This document shows positions 54,874 through 64,000 of a DNA stretch of 64,000 nt, piece by piece. The DNA is from Patescibacteria group bacterium (GTDB lineage: Bacteria > Patescibacteriota > Patescibacteriia > XYB2-FULL-38-15), in the NCBI GenBank assembly GCA_041737355.1, contig JBGSRW010000010.1, positions 3,935-67,934 on the forward strand, given 5' to 3'. The notes below the pieces were generated by a model. The model made no database searches, was not told where the DNA came from, and saw only the letters and a program-made list of their open reading frames with translations. The translations under genes were made by a program, and so were the position numbers. Position 1 is the first letter of the stretch; each line of letters starts with the position of its first letter.

Positions 54874-56181
54874 ATGAAGATTTTGGAAAAAATCATCGGA
54901 TATGGCTTATATCTGTTTATATTTCTTTTGCCTTGGCAGACGAGGCTGATAATAGGGGAGGGAAACTTGAACGGATATTGGGAGTACGGAACAAGGGGCA
55001 TCTATGCTACGGAAATTTTATTATGGGCTATTTTTTTGCTGACGGCGGTATGGCTCGTAGCCGGAAAACTCGGCAGTACCGGGGCGGTTATAAAAAATAA
55101 AAAATTTAAATTTATTTATGCGGCGCTTGGTCTTTTTCTTGGCTGGGCGTTGGCTTCTGTCTTTTGGGCGGACTCGGTAAGTTTGGCTCTTTATGTATGG
55201 CATTGGTTTGCCGAAGGCGCAGTACTTTTTTTAATTTTTAGAGTGATAAAAATTGATTCGAAAAAGGTAATTTGGGCTTTTATTGTTTCGGCCCTGATCC
55301 AGGCCGGTCTCGGGCTATGGCAATTTTTTTCCCAGTCGGTTTTTTCTTCCAAGTGGCTCGGTATGGCCGCGCACGATCCGATTGAGCCGGGAACTTACGT
55401 TGTTGAAACAGCCCTTCGTCGTTGGCTCAGAGCCTATGGTTCCCTGTCGCACCCGAATATGCTGGCAGGTTTTTTGGCTGCGGCGATGTTTCTCGTAATT
55501 TGGCTTTACCAAAGAACAAGCTATGGCTTAAAAAAAATTTTTCTGCCCGGGATATTTTGCGTATTGAGTCTTGGACTTTTTGCGACTTTTTCCAAGAGCG
55601 TAATTGGGAGCCTCACGGCCGTCTTATTTTTGCAGTGGGTTATTATTGCAGCGCGTCGGGATCATCGGGAGACAAAGACCGATTTTTTAAAATTCACTTT
55701 GATTTTTTTGATCTTGGCTGCGGTCTTTAGCACAATTTTTTGGGAACCGGTCCAGACTAGACTCATTGGCGCCGAGAGGTTGGAAAAAAAATCAACAACC
55801 GAACGTCTTAACTATTTTAATGAATCATGGCAGTTGATTAAAAATCATCCGGCGCTGGGTGTTGGTCTGGGAAATTATACTCTTGCGGCACATAATGAAA
55901 TTAACCCAGGCCTGGCAGCCTGGGATTATCAGCCGGTTCATAATATTTACCTCTTAGTTTTGGCGGAGCTTGGGCCTATCGGCCTTTTTTGCGGGTTGTT
56001 ATTGATCATCTTTTTGATAAGAGATTTGCCATCCGCTTTTTTTCTTTTGCCAATTATTCTCTTGACCGTCGGTTTTTTTGACCATTATTTTCTGACACTT
56101 TATTTTGGGATAATATTTTTCTGGCTGAGCTTCGGCCTGGGCGGAAAAATATCGCTTGACAGACCGCTTGACGGGGCTTAA
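54874..56181 (+). CDS. O-antigen ligase-like (Wzy_C) membrane protein
   Basis: Ten or more TM helices with a central loop. Typical of CPR. Confidence 0.6.
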   Translation: MKILEKIIGYGLYLFIFLLPWQTRLIIGEGNLNGYWEYGTRGIYATEILLWAIFLLTAVWLVAGKLGSTGAVIKNKKFKFIYAALGLFLGWALASVFWADSVSLALYVWHWFAEGAVLFLIFRVIKIDSKKVIWAFIVSALIQAGLGLWQFFSQSVFSSKWLGMAAHDPIEPGTYVVETALRRWLRAYGSLSHPNMLAGFLAAAMFLVIWLYQRTSYGLKKIFLPGIFCVLSLGLFATFSKSVIGSLTAVLFLQWVIIAARRDHRETKTDFLKFTLIFLILAAVFSTIFWEPVQTRLIGAERLEKKSTTERLNYFNESWQLIKNHPALGVGLGNYTLAAHNEINPGLAAWDYQPVHNIYLLVLAELGPIGLFCGLLLIIFLIRDLPSAFFLLPIILLTVGFFDHYFLTLYFGIIFFWLSFGLGGKISLDRPLDGA

Positions 56182-56265
56182 AATATACCATAAGATGTTG
56201 AGATAAAACAGACAAATCAGTCTGCTTTTTGACTCTATAAAGTTAATTAATAAAATTGTAAAAAT

Positions 56266-56553
56266 ATGAACATCAAACCATTGGGTGACAGGGTGATCGT
56301 AAGACCAATCGCCGAGGATGCCACCACCAAATCAGGCATTGTTTTGCCGGAAACCGTTGATAAGGAAAAGCCGGAAAAAGGCGAAATTATCGCCGTCGGG
56401 CCGGGCCGTGCGCTTGAAAACGGGTCGGTTGCCGGGATGTCGGTTAAAGTCGGAGACAAGGTCATGTTTAAAAAATATAGCCCGGACGAGATAAAGATCG
56501 ACGAGCAGGAACTTTTAATTATCTCCGAATCGGATATTTTGGCGATTATTTAA
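56266..56553 (+). CDS. groES: Co-chaperonin GroES
   Basis: IKPLGDRVIV...GEIIAVGPG. Confidence 0.95.
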   Translation: MNIKPLGDRVIVRPIAEDATTKSGIVLPETVDKEKPEKGEIIAVGPGRALENGSVAGMSVKVGDKVMFKKYSPDEIKIDEQELLIISESDILAII

Positions 56554-56571
56554 AAAATAAAATACAAATAA

Positions 56572-58206
<1,635 letters not shown>

Positions 58207-58309
58207 AAACAGCGGTTTAAAGATAAAAAGCCGGGGCGATACGCCTCGGCTTTTTGGATATTTTGTGGTATAATTATCTTAATTCCTAACTTACCAAAAT
58301 TTTTTCTAT

Positions 58310-59743
58310 ATGATCAAGCGGACAAAAATAGTCTGTACAATAGGTCCCGTTTCGGAAGAGGAAAGGATTTTGAAAAAAATGATAGCTGGCGGCATGAACG
58401 TGGCCCGGCTTAATTTTTCCCATGGTACGCATGCCTGGCACGGGAAAGTTATAAAAAAAATCAGGAAAGTGTCGGGAAGCTTGGATCAGCCGGTCGGAAT
58501 TATAGCCGATTTGCAGGGGCCGCGGATCAGAGTTGGAGAGCTTCCCGGAACGGGAGTTAAATTAACCCCCAAGGGAAGGGTTACCCTGACAACCAATCCA
58601 AATAACGATAAAAATAAAATACCGGTTACATACGCCAATCTACATAAGGATCTCGCGCCGGGCAGAAGAATACTGATTGACGAGGGCTTGCTTGAACTCA
58701 AAGTTATTTCAATTTCAGGGAAGGATATTTTATGTGAAGTAATAGTCGGCGGACAGCTCACCTCTCATAAAGGTATAAATTTGCCCGATACCTCTGTCAG
58801 TCTGCCTCCGCTTACGGAAAAAGATAAGGAAGATTTGGATTTTGCCGTGCGTGAGGGCGTGGATTGGGTTGCCCTTTCGTTTGTTTCCCGCGCTTCGGAA
58901 ATTTACGATTTGCGTTTTTTAATTCGCAAGCTTGAGCACCGGGGTAAAAAACCAAAACTTACCCCGATCAAAATTATCGCGAAAATAGAAAAGCATGAGG
59001 CAATAAAAAATTTTGATGAAATTCTCGAAGCGGTTGACGGGATTATGATTGCACGGGGTGATTTGGGTATTGAAACTCCGGCCGAAGAAGTCCCTCTGTT
59101 ACAGAAAAAAATTATTGATAAATGTCTGGCGGCGGCAAAGCCTGTAATCGTTGCGACCCAGATGCTTGATTCCATGATCCGAAAACCACGGCCGACAAGA
59201 GCCGAGGTTTCCGACGTTGCGAACGCCGTTATAGATCATACCGATGCAGTCATGCTTTCCGGAGAAACGGCCAGCGGCCTTTATCCGGTCGGGGCAGTGG
59301 AGACGATGACCAAGATAGTCAGAGAAACCGAAAATTCCGTTTACGACGACTTGGTTATTGGAACTATTATGAAAAAAATAAAACCGGTTGATGAGGCCGT
59401 CAGCCGGGTTGCCAATATCTTGGCCAGAACGGTTGAGGCCAAGGCAATTTTGGCTGCGTCCCTTTCGGGATATTCCGGGAGGATAGTATGCCGTTATCGA
59501 CCGGAACTTCCTATTCTTGTTACAACCGATAGTGAACGGGTCCAGCGTCAGCTGACTCTTTCTTGGGGAGTTGTGCCTTTTATCCTACCCCCCTGCCACT
59601 CGGTCGAAGAATTGGTGGAAAGGTCTCTTGGCTATATAAAAAAGAAAAAACTTGTTAAGACCGGAGAAAAAATTATTATTATTGCCGGCGAGCCGGTCGG
59701 CAGTTCGGGGAATATTAATTTGGTAGAAATAAAAGAGGTATAA
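58310..59743 (+). CDS. pyk: Pyruvate kinase
   Basis: KIVCTIGP...MNVARLNFSHG. Confidence 0.9.
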   Translation: MIKRTKIVCTIGPVSEEERILKKMIAGGMNVARLNFSHGTHAWHGKVIKKIRKVSGSLDQPVGIIADLQGPRIRVGELPGTGVKLTPKGRVTLTTNPNNDKNKIPVTYANLHKDLAPGRRILIDEGLLELKVISISGKDILCEVIVGGQLTSHKGINLPDTSVSLPPLTEKDKEDLDFAVREGVDWVALSFVSRASEIYDLRFLIRKLEHRGKKPKLTPIKIIAKIEKHEAIKNFDEILEAVDGIMIARGDLGIETPAEEVPLLQKKIIDKCLAAAKPVIVATQMLDSMIRKPRPTRAEVSDVANAVIDHTDAVMLSGETASGLYPVGAVETMTKIVRETENSVYDDLVIGTIMKKIKPVDEAVSRVANILARTVEAKAILAASLSGYSGRIVCRYRPELPILVTTDSERVQRQLTLSWGVVPFILPPCHSVEELVERSLGYIKKKKLVKTGEKIIIIAGEPVGSSGNINLVEIKEV

Positions 59744-59747
59744 CGAT

Positions 59748-62147
59748 ATGGAAAAAAATAAAAGAATGATAGTTAAGTTTGATGAGCTGGGGATCGGAGA
59801 CGTCGCTCTTGTCGGGGGTAAAAATGCTTCGCTCGGGGAGATGTATCGTAATTTAAAGAAAAAAAACATCAGCGTCCCGAACGGATTTGCGGTAACCTCT
59901 TACGCCTTCCGTCAATTTTTGAAATTTAATAATTTAGAAAAAGAAATCAACGATTTGTTGAAAAATGTCGATCCAGCCAACATCCGCGATCTCGAAACGA
60001 TCGGAAAAACTATCAGAAATTCCATAATCAAAGCCAAATTACCGCCCCATCTTGCCAAAGAAATCTTGGAAGCCTATAGAAAACTCTCGAGGGAAGGCGG
60101 GCCGGATATGGCCGTGCGTTCTTCGGCGACCGCCGAGGATCTCCCGGTTGCTTCTTTCGCCGGACAACTCGAAAGTTTTTTGAACGTCCGGGGCGGTAAT
60201 CTTCTCGAAACGATTAAAAAATGCTTTTCTTCGCTTTATACGAACCGCGCCTTGGCTTATTCTTTTGACCAGGGTTTTGATCACGCGAAGATAAGCGTTT
60301 CGGTCGGAGTTCAGAGAATGGTCCGTTCGGACCGCGCTTCGGCAGGAGTTATGTTCACTCTCGACACCGAAACAGGTTTTCGCGACGTTGTCTCGATAAG
60401 CGGATCTTGGGGTTTGGGCGAAAATGTGGTTAAGGGGAGAGTTGTTCCCGACCAGTTTTATGTTTTTAAACCTACTCTCGAGAGGGGATTTCGTCCCCTG
60501 GTCGGCAAGGAGCTTGGTACCAAAAAGTTAAGACTCGTTTACGCGCCGAACAAGGCTTCCACCGTAAATTTGAATACCAAAAGATCCGAACAGCTGCAAT
60601 ACTCTCTTAGCGACGCGGAAATTATGCAACTTGCCCGCTGGGCCGTTCTGATAGAAAAGCATTACAAAAAACCAATGGATATAGAATGGGCCAAGGACGG
60701 CAACAATAAAAAATTATATATTGTTCAGGCGAGGCCGGAAACGATTCATGCCGAAAAAAACGGAAAAATTTTGGAAGAATATATTCTGGAAAGAAAAGGA
60801 GAGGTTGTCCTCTCGGGAACGGCAATCGGAACAAAAGTCGGAAAAGGCTGGGTGAGGATTTTGGAGAGCATCCACGAAATAGATCATTTTCAGGAAGGTG
60901 AAGTTCTGGTAGCCAAAATGACCGATCCTGATTGGGTTCCGATTATGAAAAAAGCCAGCGCCATTATTACCGAATCCGGTGGCAGAACATGTCACGCGGC
61001 GATTGTCTCGAGAGAGCTTGGTATACCGTGCGTAGTCGGAGTTGTCCATGCCAGGGAAGTTTTGAAAAACGGTCAGGGTGTTACCGTAAGCTGTGCCGAG
61101 GGCGAAGAGGGAAGGGTTTATCGGGGTCTCCTGCCGGTAAAAATAAAAAAAACTAATTTGGCGAAAATAAAAAGGCCGCGGACTAAAATTATGATGAATG
61201 TCGGAGAGCCGTCTCAGGCGTTTGAGTCTGCCTGTATTCCGAACGACGGTGTCGGCTTGGCCCGGGAAGAATTTATTATTTCAAATTATATTAAAATTCA
61301 TCCGCTTGCTCTGCTCGGATCAAGAAAGCTTAACGTAAAAACAAAAAATAAGATTAAGGCTCTGACTTTCGGTTATAGTGACAAAGCGAAATTTTTTGTT
61401 GATAAACTCGCCGAGGGGGTGGGGAGAATCGCCGCCGCTTTTTATCCGAAACCGGTGATTGTCCGTTTTTCAGATTTTAAATCTAATGAGTACGCCGGGC
61501 TAGTCGGCGGAGAAGGTTTTGAGCCGAAAGAAGCCAATCCAATGCTTGGCTGGCGCGGAGCCTCACGCTATTATGATAAAAAATATGAGCCGGCTTTTCT
61601 CCTTGAGCTTGAAGCTTTGAAGAAAGTTCGACGCGAGTTCGGGCTTGATAATTTTATTGTTATGGTTCCATTTTGCCGGACTGTCGCCGAGGGAGAAAAA
61701 GTTACCCGCATGGTAAAAACAAGCGGGTTGGCCAAGGCTGCCGGAATCGGGAGGGGATCTTTAAGACCGCTTAAAATTTACATGATGGTTGAAATTCCTT
61801 CCAATGTTATTATGGCCGAAGAGTTTTCTAAAATTTTTGATGGGTTTAGTATCGGATCCAATGATTTAACCCAGTTAATTCTGGGGGTTGACCGCGATTC
61901 GGGGCTTGTCAGCCATCTTTTTGACGAAAGGAATGAAGCGGTTAAAAAACCTATTTGTGAAATAATCAAGGTAGCGAAGAAAAATAATAAAAAAGTCGGG
62001 ATCTGCGGCCAGGCGCCGTCCGACTTTCCCGATTTTGCCGAATTTTTAGTAAAATGCGGAATCGACAGTATTTCTCTGAATCCAGATTCGGTTCTCAAAA
62101 CAACCCTGAGAGTCTTGGAGGCGGAAAAGAAGAGAGCGAGAAGATAA
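59748..62147 (+). CDS. ppsA: Phosphoenolpyruvate synthase (pyruvate, water dikinase)
   Basis: ATP-grasp N-terminus. GGRTCHAAIVSRELGIPCVVG phospho-His domain. C-terminal PEP-utilizing domain. Confidence 0.9.
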   Translation: MEKNKRMIVKFDELGIGDVALVGGKNASLGEMYRNLKKKNISVPNGFAVTSYAFRQFLKFNNLEKEINDLLKNVDPANIRDLETIGKTIRNSIIKAKLPPHLAKEILEAYRKLSREGGPDMAVRSSATAEDLPVASFAGQLESFLNVRGGNLLETIKKCFSSLYTNRALAYSFDQGFDHAKISVSVGVQRMVRSDRASAGVMFTLDTETGFRDVVSISGSWGLGENVVKGRVVPDQFYVFKPTLERGFRPLVGKELGTKKLRLVYAPNKASTVNLNTKRSEQLQYSLSDAEIMQLARWAVLIEKHYKKPMDIEWAKDGNNKKLYIVQARPETIHAEKNGKILEEYILERKGEVVLSGTAIGTKVGKGWVRILESIHEIDHFQEGEVLVAKMTDPDWVPIMKKASAIITESGGRTCHAAIVSRELGIPCVVGVVHAREVLKNGQGVTVSCAEGEEGRVYRGLLPVKIKKTNLAKIKRPRTKIMMNVGEPSQAFESACIPNDGVGLAREEFIISNYIKIHPLALLGSRKLNVKTKNKIKALTFGYSDKAKFFVDKLAEGVGRIAAAFYPKPVIVRFSDFKSNEYAGLVGGEGFEPKEANPMLGWRGASRYYDKKYEPAFLLELEALKKVRREFGLDNFIVMVPFCRTVAEGEKVTRMVKTSGLAKAAGIGRGSLRPLKIYMMVEIPSNVIMAEEFSKIFDGFSIGSNDLTQLILGVDRDSGLVSHLFDERNEAVKKPICEIIKVAKKNNKKVGICGQAPSDFPDFAEFLVKCGIDSISLNPDSVLKTTLRVLEAEKKRARR

Positions 62148-62165
62148 AATTAAGGCTTGACAAAA

Positions 62166-62204
62166 ACCGCTGTTTTGTTTAGGATAAACAGTGGTTTTTT
62201 TGTT
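62166..62204 (+). terminator. Rho-independent terminator of ppsA
   Basis: accgctgtt...aacagtggt stem followed by T7. Confidence 0.7.
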
Positions 62205-62270
62205 TGGCTCATTCCGAGGGGATGAAGCCAAGCGCGGCCGAAGGAAGGCCGGGGAAGGAGCAGAGAGAGG

Positions 62271-62480
62271 ATGACGAGGCCGAGGTGGAAGGTGGTCGTA
62301 CGGGACGAGAACGGGAAGATCACGGAGGAGCAGATCGTCTGGCGGCAGCAGCGAGCCTTCAGGCTCATCGAGAGGGCCGTGAACCGCGGCTGCCGGGCCG
62401 ACGTGAAGCCGCTGCTTCCGGATTTCCAGGATCGGAACCGTTACGTCAACCGCCACCCGCGCGGTCGGCGCGCCGCCTAA
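62271..62480 (+). CDS. Possible small basic protein (69 aa) in a GC-rich island
   Basis: RBS-like aggagcagagagagg upstream. About 65% GC. Unverified. Confidence 0.3.
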   Translation: MTRPRWKVVVRDENGKITEEQIVWRQQRAFRLIERAVNRGCRADVKPLLPDFQDRNRYVNRHPRGRRAA

Positions 62481-62677
62481 AGAGAGGCGGAAAAATCGGA
62501 GGCAAGTTATAAAGGCCGATAAGGCCGAAATGCCCTGATAACAGGAGCATGGCAGTTTAGCTGCCTGACCCCGCGCGATGGAGATTAAAACACTCCGGAG
62601 CCGGGGTCGTTTTTTATCCCGTTGGCGATTGACAGCTTTATTTTTCTCTGATAAAATAGAACAAGAATTTCAAATAT

Positions 62678-62756
62678 GGGTCCGTGGTGTAGCCCGGTCC
62701 AACACGTCTCCCTGTCACGGAGAAGATCGAGGGTTCAAATCCCTTCGGACCCGCCA
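62678..62756 (+). tRNA. tRNA-Asp (GTC)
   Basis: Acceptor gggtccg/cggaccc. Anticodon loop ctGTCac. CCA encoded. Confidence 0.8.
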
Positions 62757-62769
62757 TTAAATTTTTCCT

Positions 62770-64000
62770 ATGGGAAAAAACAATAAACAGGAAAGAGAAA
62801 ATTATTTGCAAATCGCTGACGATGAGTTAGCGGAGAGAAAGGCGCGTCGTGATAAGAAAATTTCTTTGAAAGAGAAAAAAGAAAAAACCGGCGGTTGGCG
62901 GGAAGGGTTGGAAGATGCCGGAAAAGAATTCAGAGAACAGGCAAAAAAAGAAAGAAGGGCGCGGGTTGCCGCGCTTTATTCAGATCTGCGTATAGCCTAC
63001 GATACGGGTAGTTTGTCCGGCCCAACGATAAAAGATTATTTGAAAGATTTTCCTTCAGGAGCTGAATATCAGGCTTTTGAAGAAATATCCGAATTAGTCC
63101 ATCAGGGCAAAATTGATAAAGAAGTCCAAAAACTTCGAACTAAAATAAAAACTTCGGTTAAAAGTCTGCGGCACGAGAAAGTTTCTTCAAGAGAAAGGGC
63201 AGCGCAGGAAAGGAAGAAAATGCTTGAGGAAGCGGTACGGGACAGAGTCGGGCGAGCCGGGCCGCCGAAGAATCCGGAGACCGGGGAATCTTTTTTCTCT
63301 GCGGAAGAATGGCGCGAGGCCCTGCTCCGGGAATACGTTGCCGGACGTCTGAACGAAGAAGATTTACAGCATTTTTTCATATATTACTCGGCCGATAAAA
63401 AGGAGGCTTATGAGAAATTAGCCGAGGAAGAAGGAATTAATTTGAGGGAGTCGGGAGAAAAATTTGATTGGGATGAAATAGGCGATAGGATTTTGATGAG
63501 CGCCGGTTTCCGCAAAGAATTTATAAAGGATATTCCGACCGAAGAAGGTAAAACTATTTTTGAGGAGATGCTTAATGAACAGATCGACGCCTTTAAACAA
63601 ATTTTGCGAGATACGATAAGCCGCGAAGAGCGCGAGAAAAAAATCGCCGAGCTTTCCGGCGATGAGGAAAAGGCAGACAAAGAATTGGTTGCCGAGGCAG
63701 CCAAGAAATTTTTAGCCGTGCGGGAGTTATTTACCCACGGCGTTTTACGTTATGATGGAAAAAGCGGGAAAATGATTTTGAAACAGGAGTCGGATCTAGA
63801 CGGTGAATGCGCTGCCGCTCTTTTCGATAAGGCCGGTATAAATAAGAAAATAACGGAATATCTAAAGCCGGGAGAATATAGAAAAGGTCAGACAACGGTT
63901 GATTCGGGAAATGCGGATGGGTTGCTTCAAGAATGGGTCGAGGCCGTTGATCCGGAAACCGACGAAAAAAAAATGGAGATCACGACGGTAATTGACCATC
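62770..64000 (+). CDS. Hypothetical Lys/Glu-rich protein, partial (continues past the window). Not in the ORF track.
   Basis: Uninterrupted frame of at least 410 codons from ATG 62770 to the window edge. Confidence 0.65.
   Translation, partial: MGKNNKQERENYLQIADDELAERKARRDKKISLKEKKEKTGGWREGLEDAGKEFREQAKKERRARVAALYSDLRIAYDTGSLSGPTIKDYLKDFPSGAEYQAFEEISELVHQGKIDKEVQKLRTKIKTSVKSLRHEKVSSRERAAQERKKMLEEAVRDRVGRAGPPKNPETGESFFSAEEWREALLREYVAGRLNEEDLQHFFIYYSADKKEAYEKLAEEEGINLRESGEKFDWDEIGDRILMSAGFRKEFIKDIPTEEGKTIFEEMLNEQIDAFKQILRDTISREEREKKIAELSGDEEKADKELVAEAAKKFLAVRELFTHGVLRYDGKSGKMILKQESDLDGECAAALFDKAGINKKITEYLKPGEYRKGQTTVDSGNADGLLQEWVEAVDPETDEKKMEITTVIDH

Noticed and set aside
56182-56265. CIRCE/HrcA operator upstream of groES
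   Set aside because: No TTAGCACTC-N9-GAGTGCTAA inverted repeat present; only a terminator hairpin of the upstream gene.
62578-62760. 60-aa ORF overlapping tRNA-Asp
   Set aside because: Coincides with a clear tRNA cloverleaf.

Overview
This 64-kb window looks like a small-genome, CPR/Patescibacteria-like bacterium. Supporting this: most genes sit on the + strand, Shine-Dalgarno sites are weak, and there are many MNKK-type lipoproteins and an O-antigen-ligase-like protein. Housekeeping content includes valS-tyrS-argS, purA, nusA-yidC, groES-groEL, pyk-ppsA and four tRNAs. Base composition is strongly heterogeneous.

- **Candidate defense island (9391-19173, low GC about 33-36%).** A tightly packed six-gene + strand operon behind a consensus promoter. 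It encodes an MmeI-like type IIG nuclease-methyltransferase, two unknown proteins (138 aa and 472 aa), a two-HKD PLD-family nuclease, an SNF2-family ATPase and a 176-aa unknown protein. It resembles DISARM in having SNF2, an adenine methyltransferase and PLD, but has no DrmA or DrmB equivalents. I could not match it to any system I know.
- **GC-rich cassette (2414-4967, about 60-65% GC).** Four tandem DnaJ-CR-type CxxCxGxG proteins of about 70 aa, two overlapping Cys-containing paralogs, and a convergent zinc-ribbon pair, flanked by terminators.
- **Other notable items.** A signal-peptide-bearing Hcp family protein. An anaerobe oxidative-stress cluster (superoxide reductase, cupredoxin, flavoprotein, rubrerythrin) containing a desulforedoxin ORF of 52 aa that the ORF track misses. 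A repeated intergenic element of about 80 bp. An identical palindromic terminator used twice. An unlisted ORF of at least 410 aa running off the 3' end of the window.
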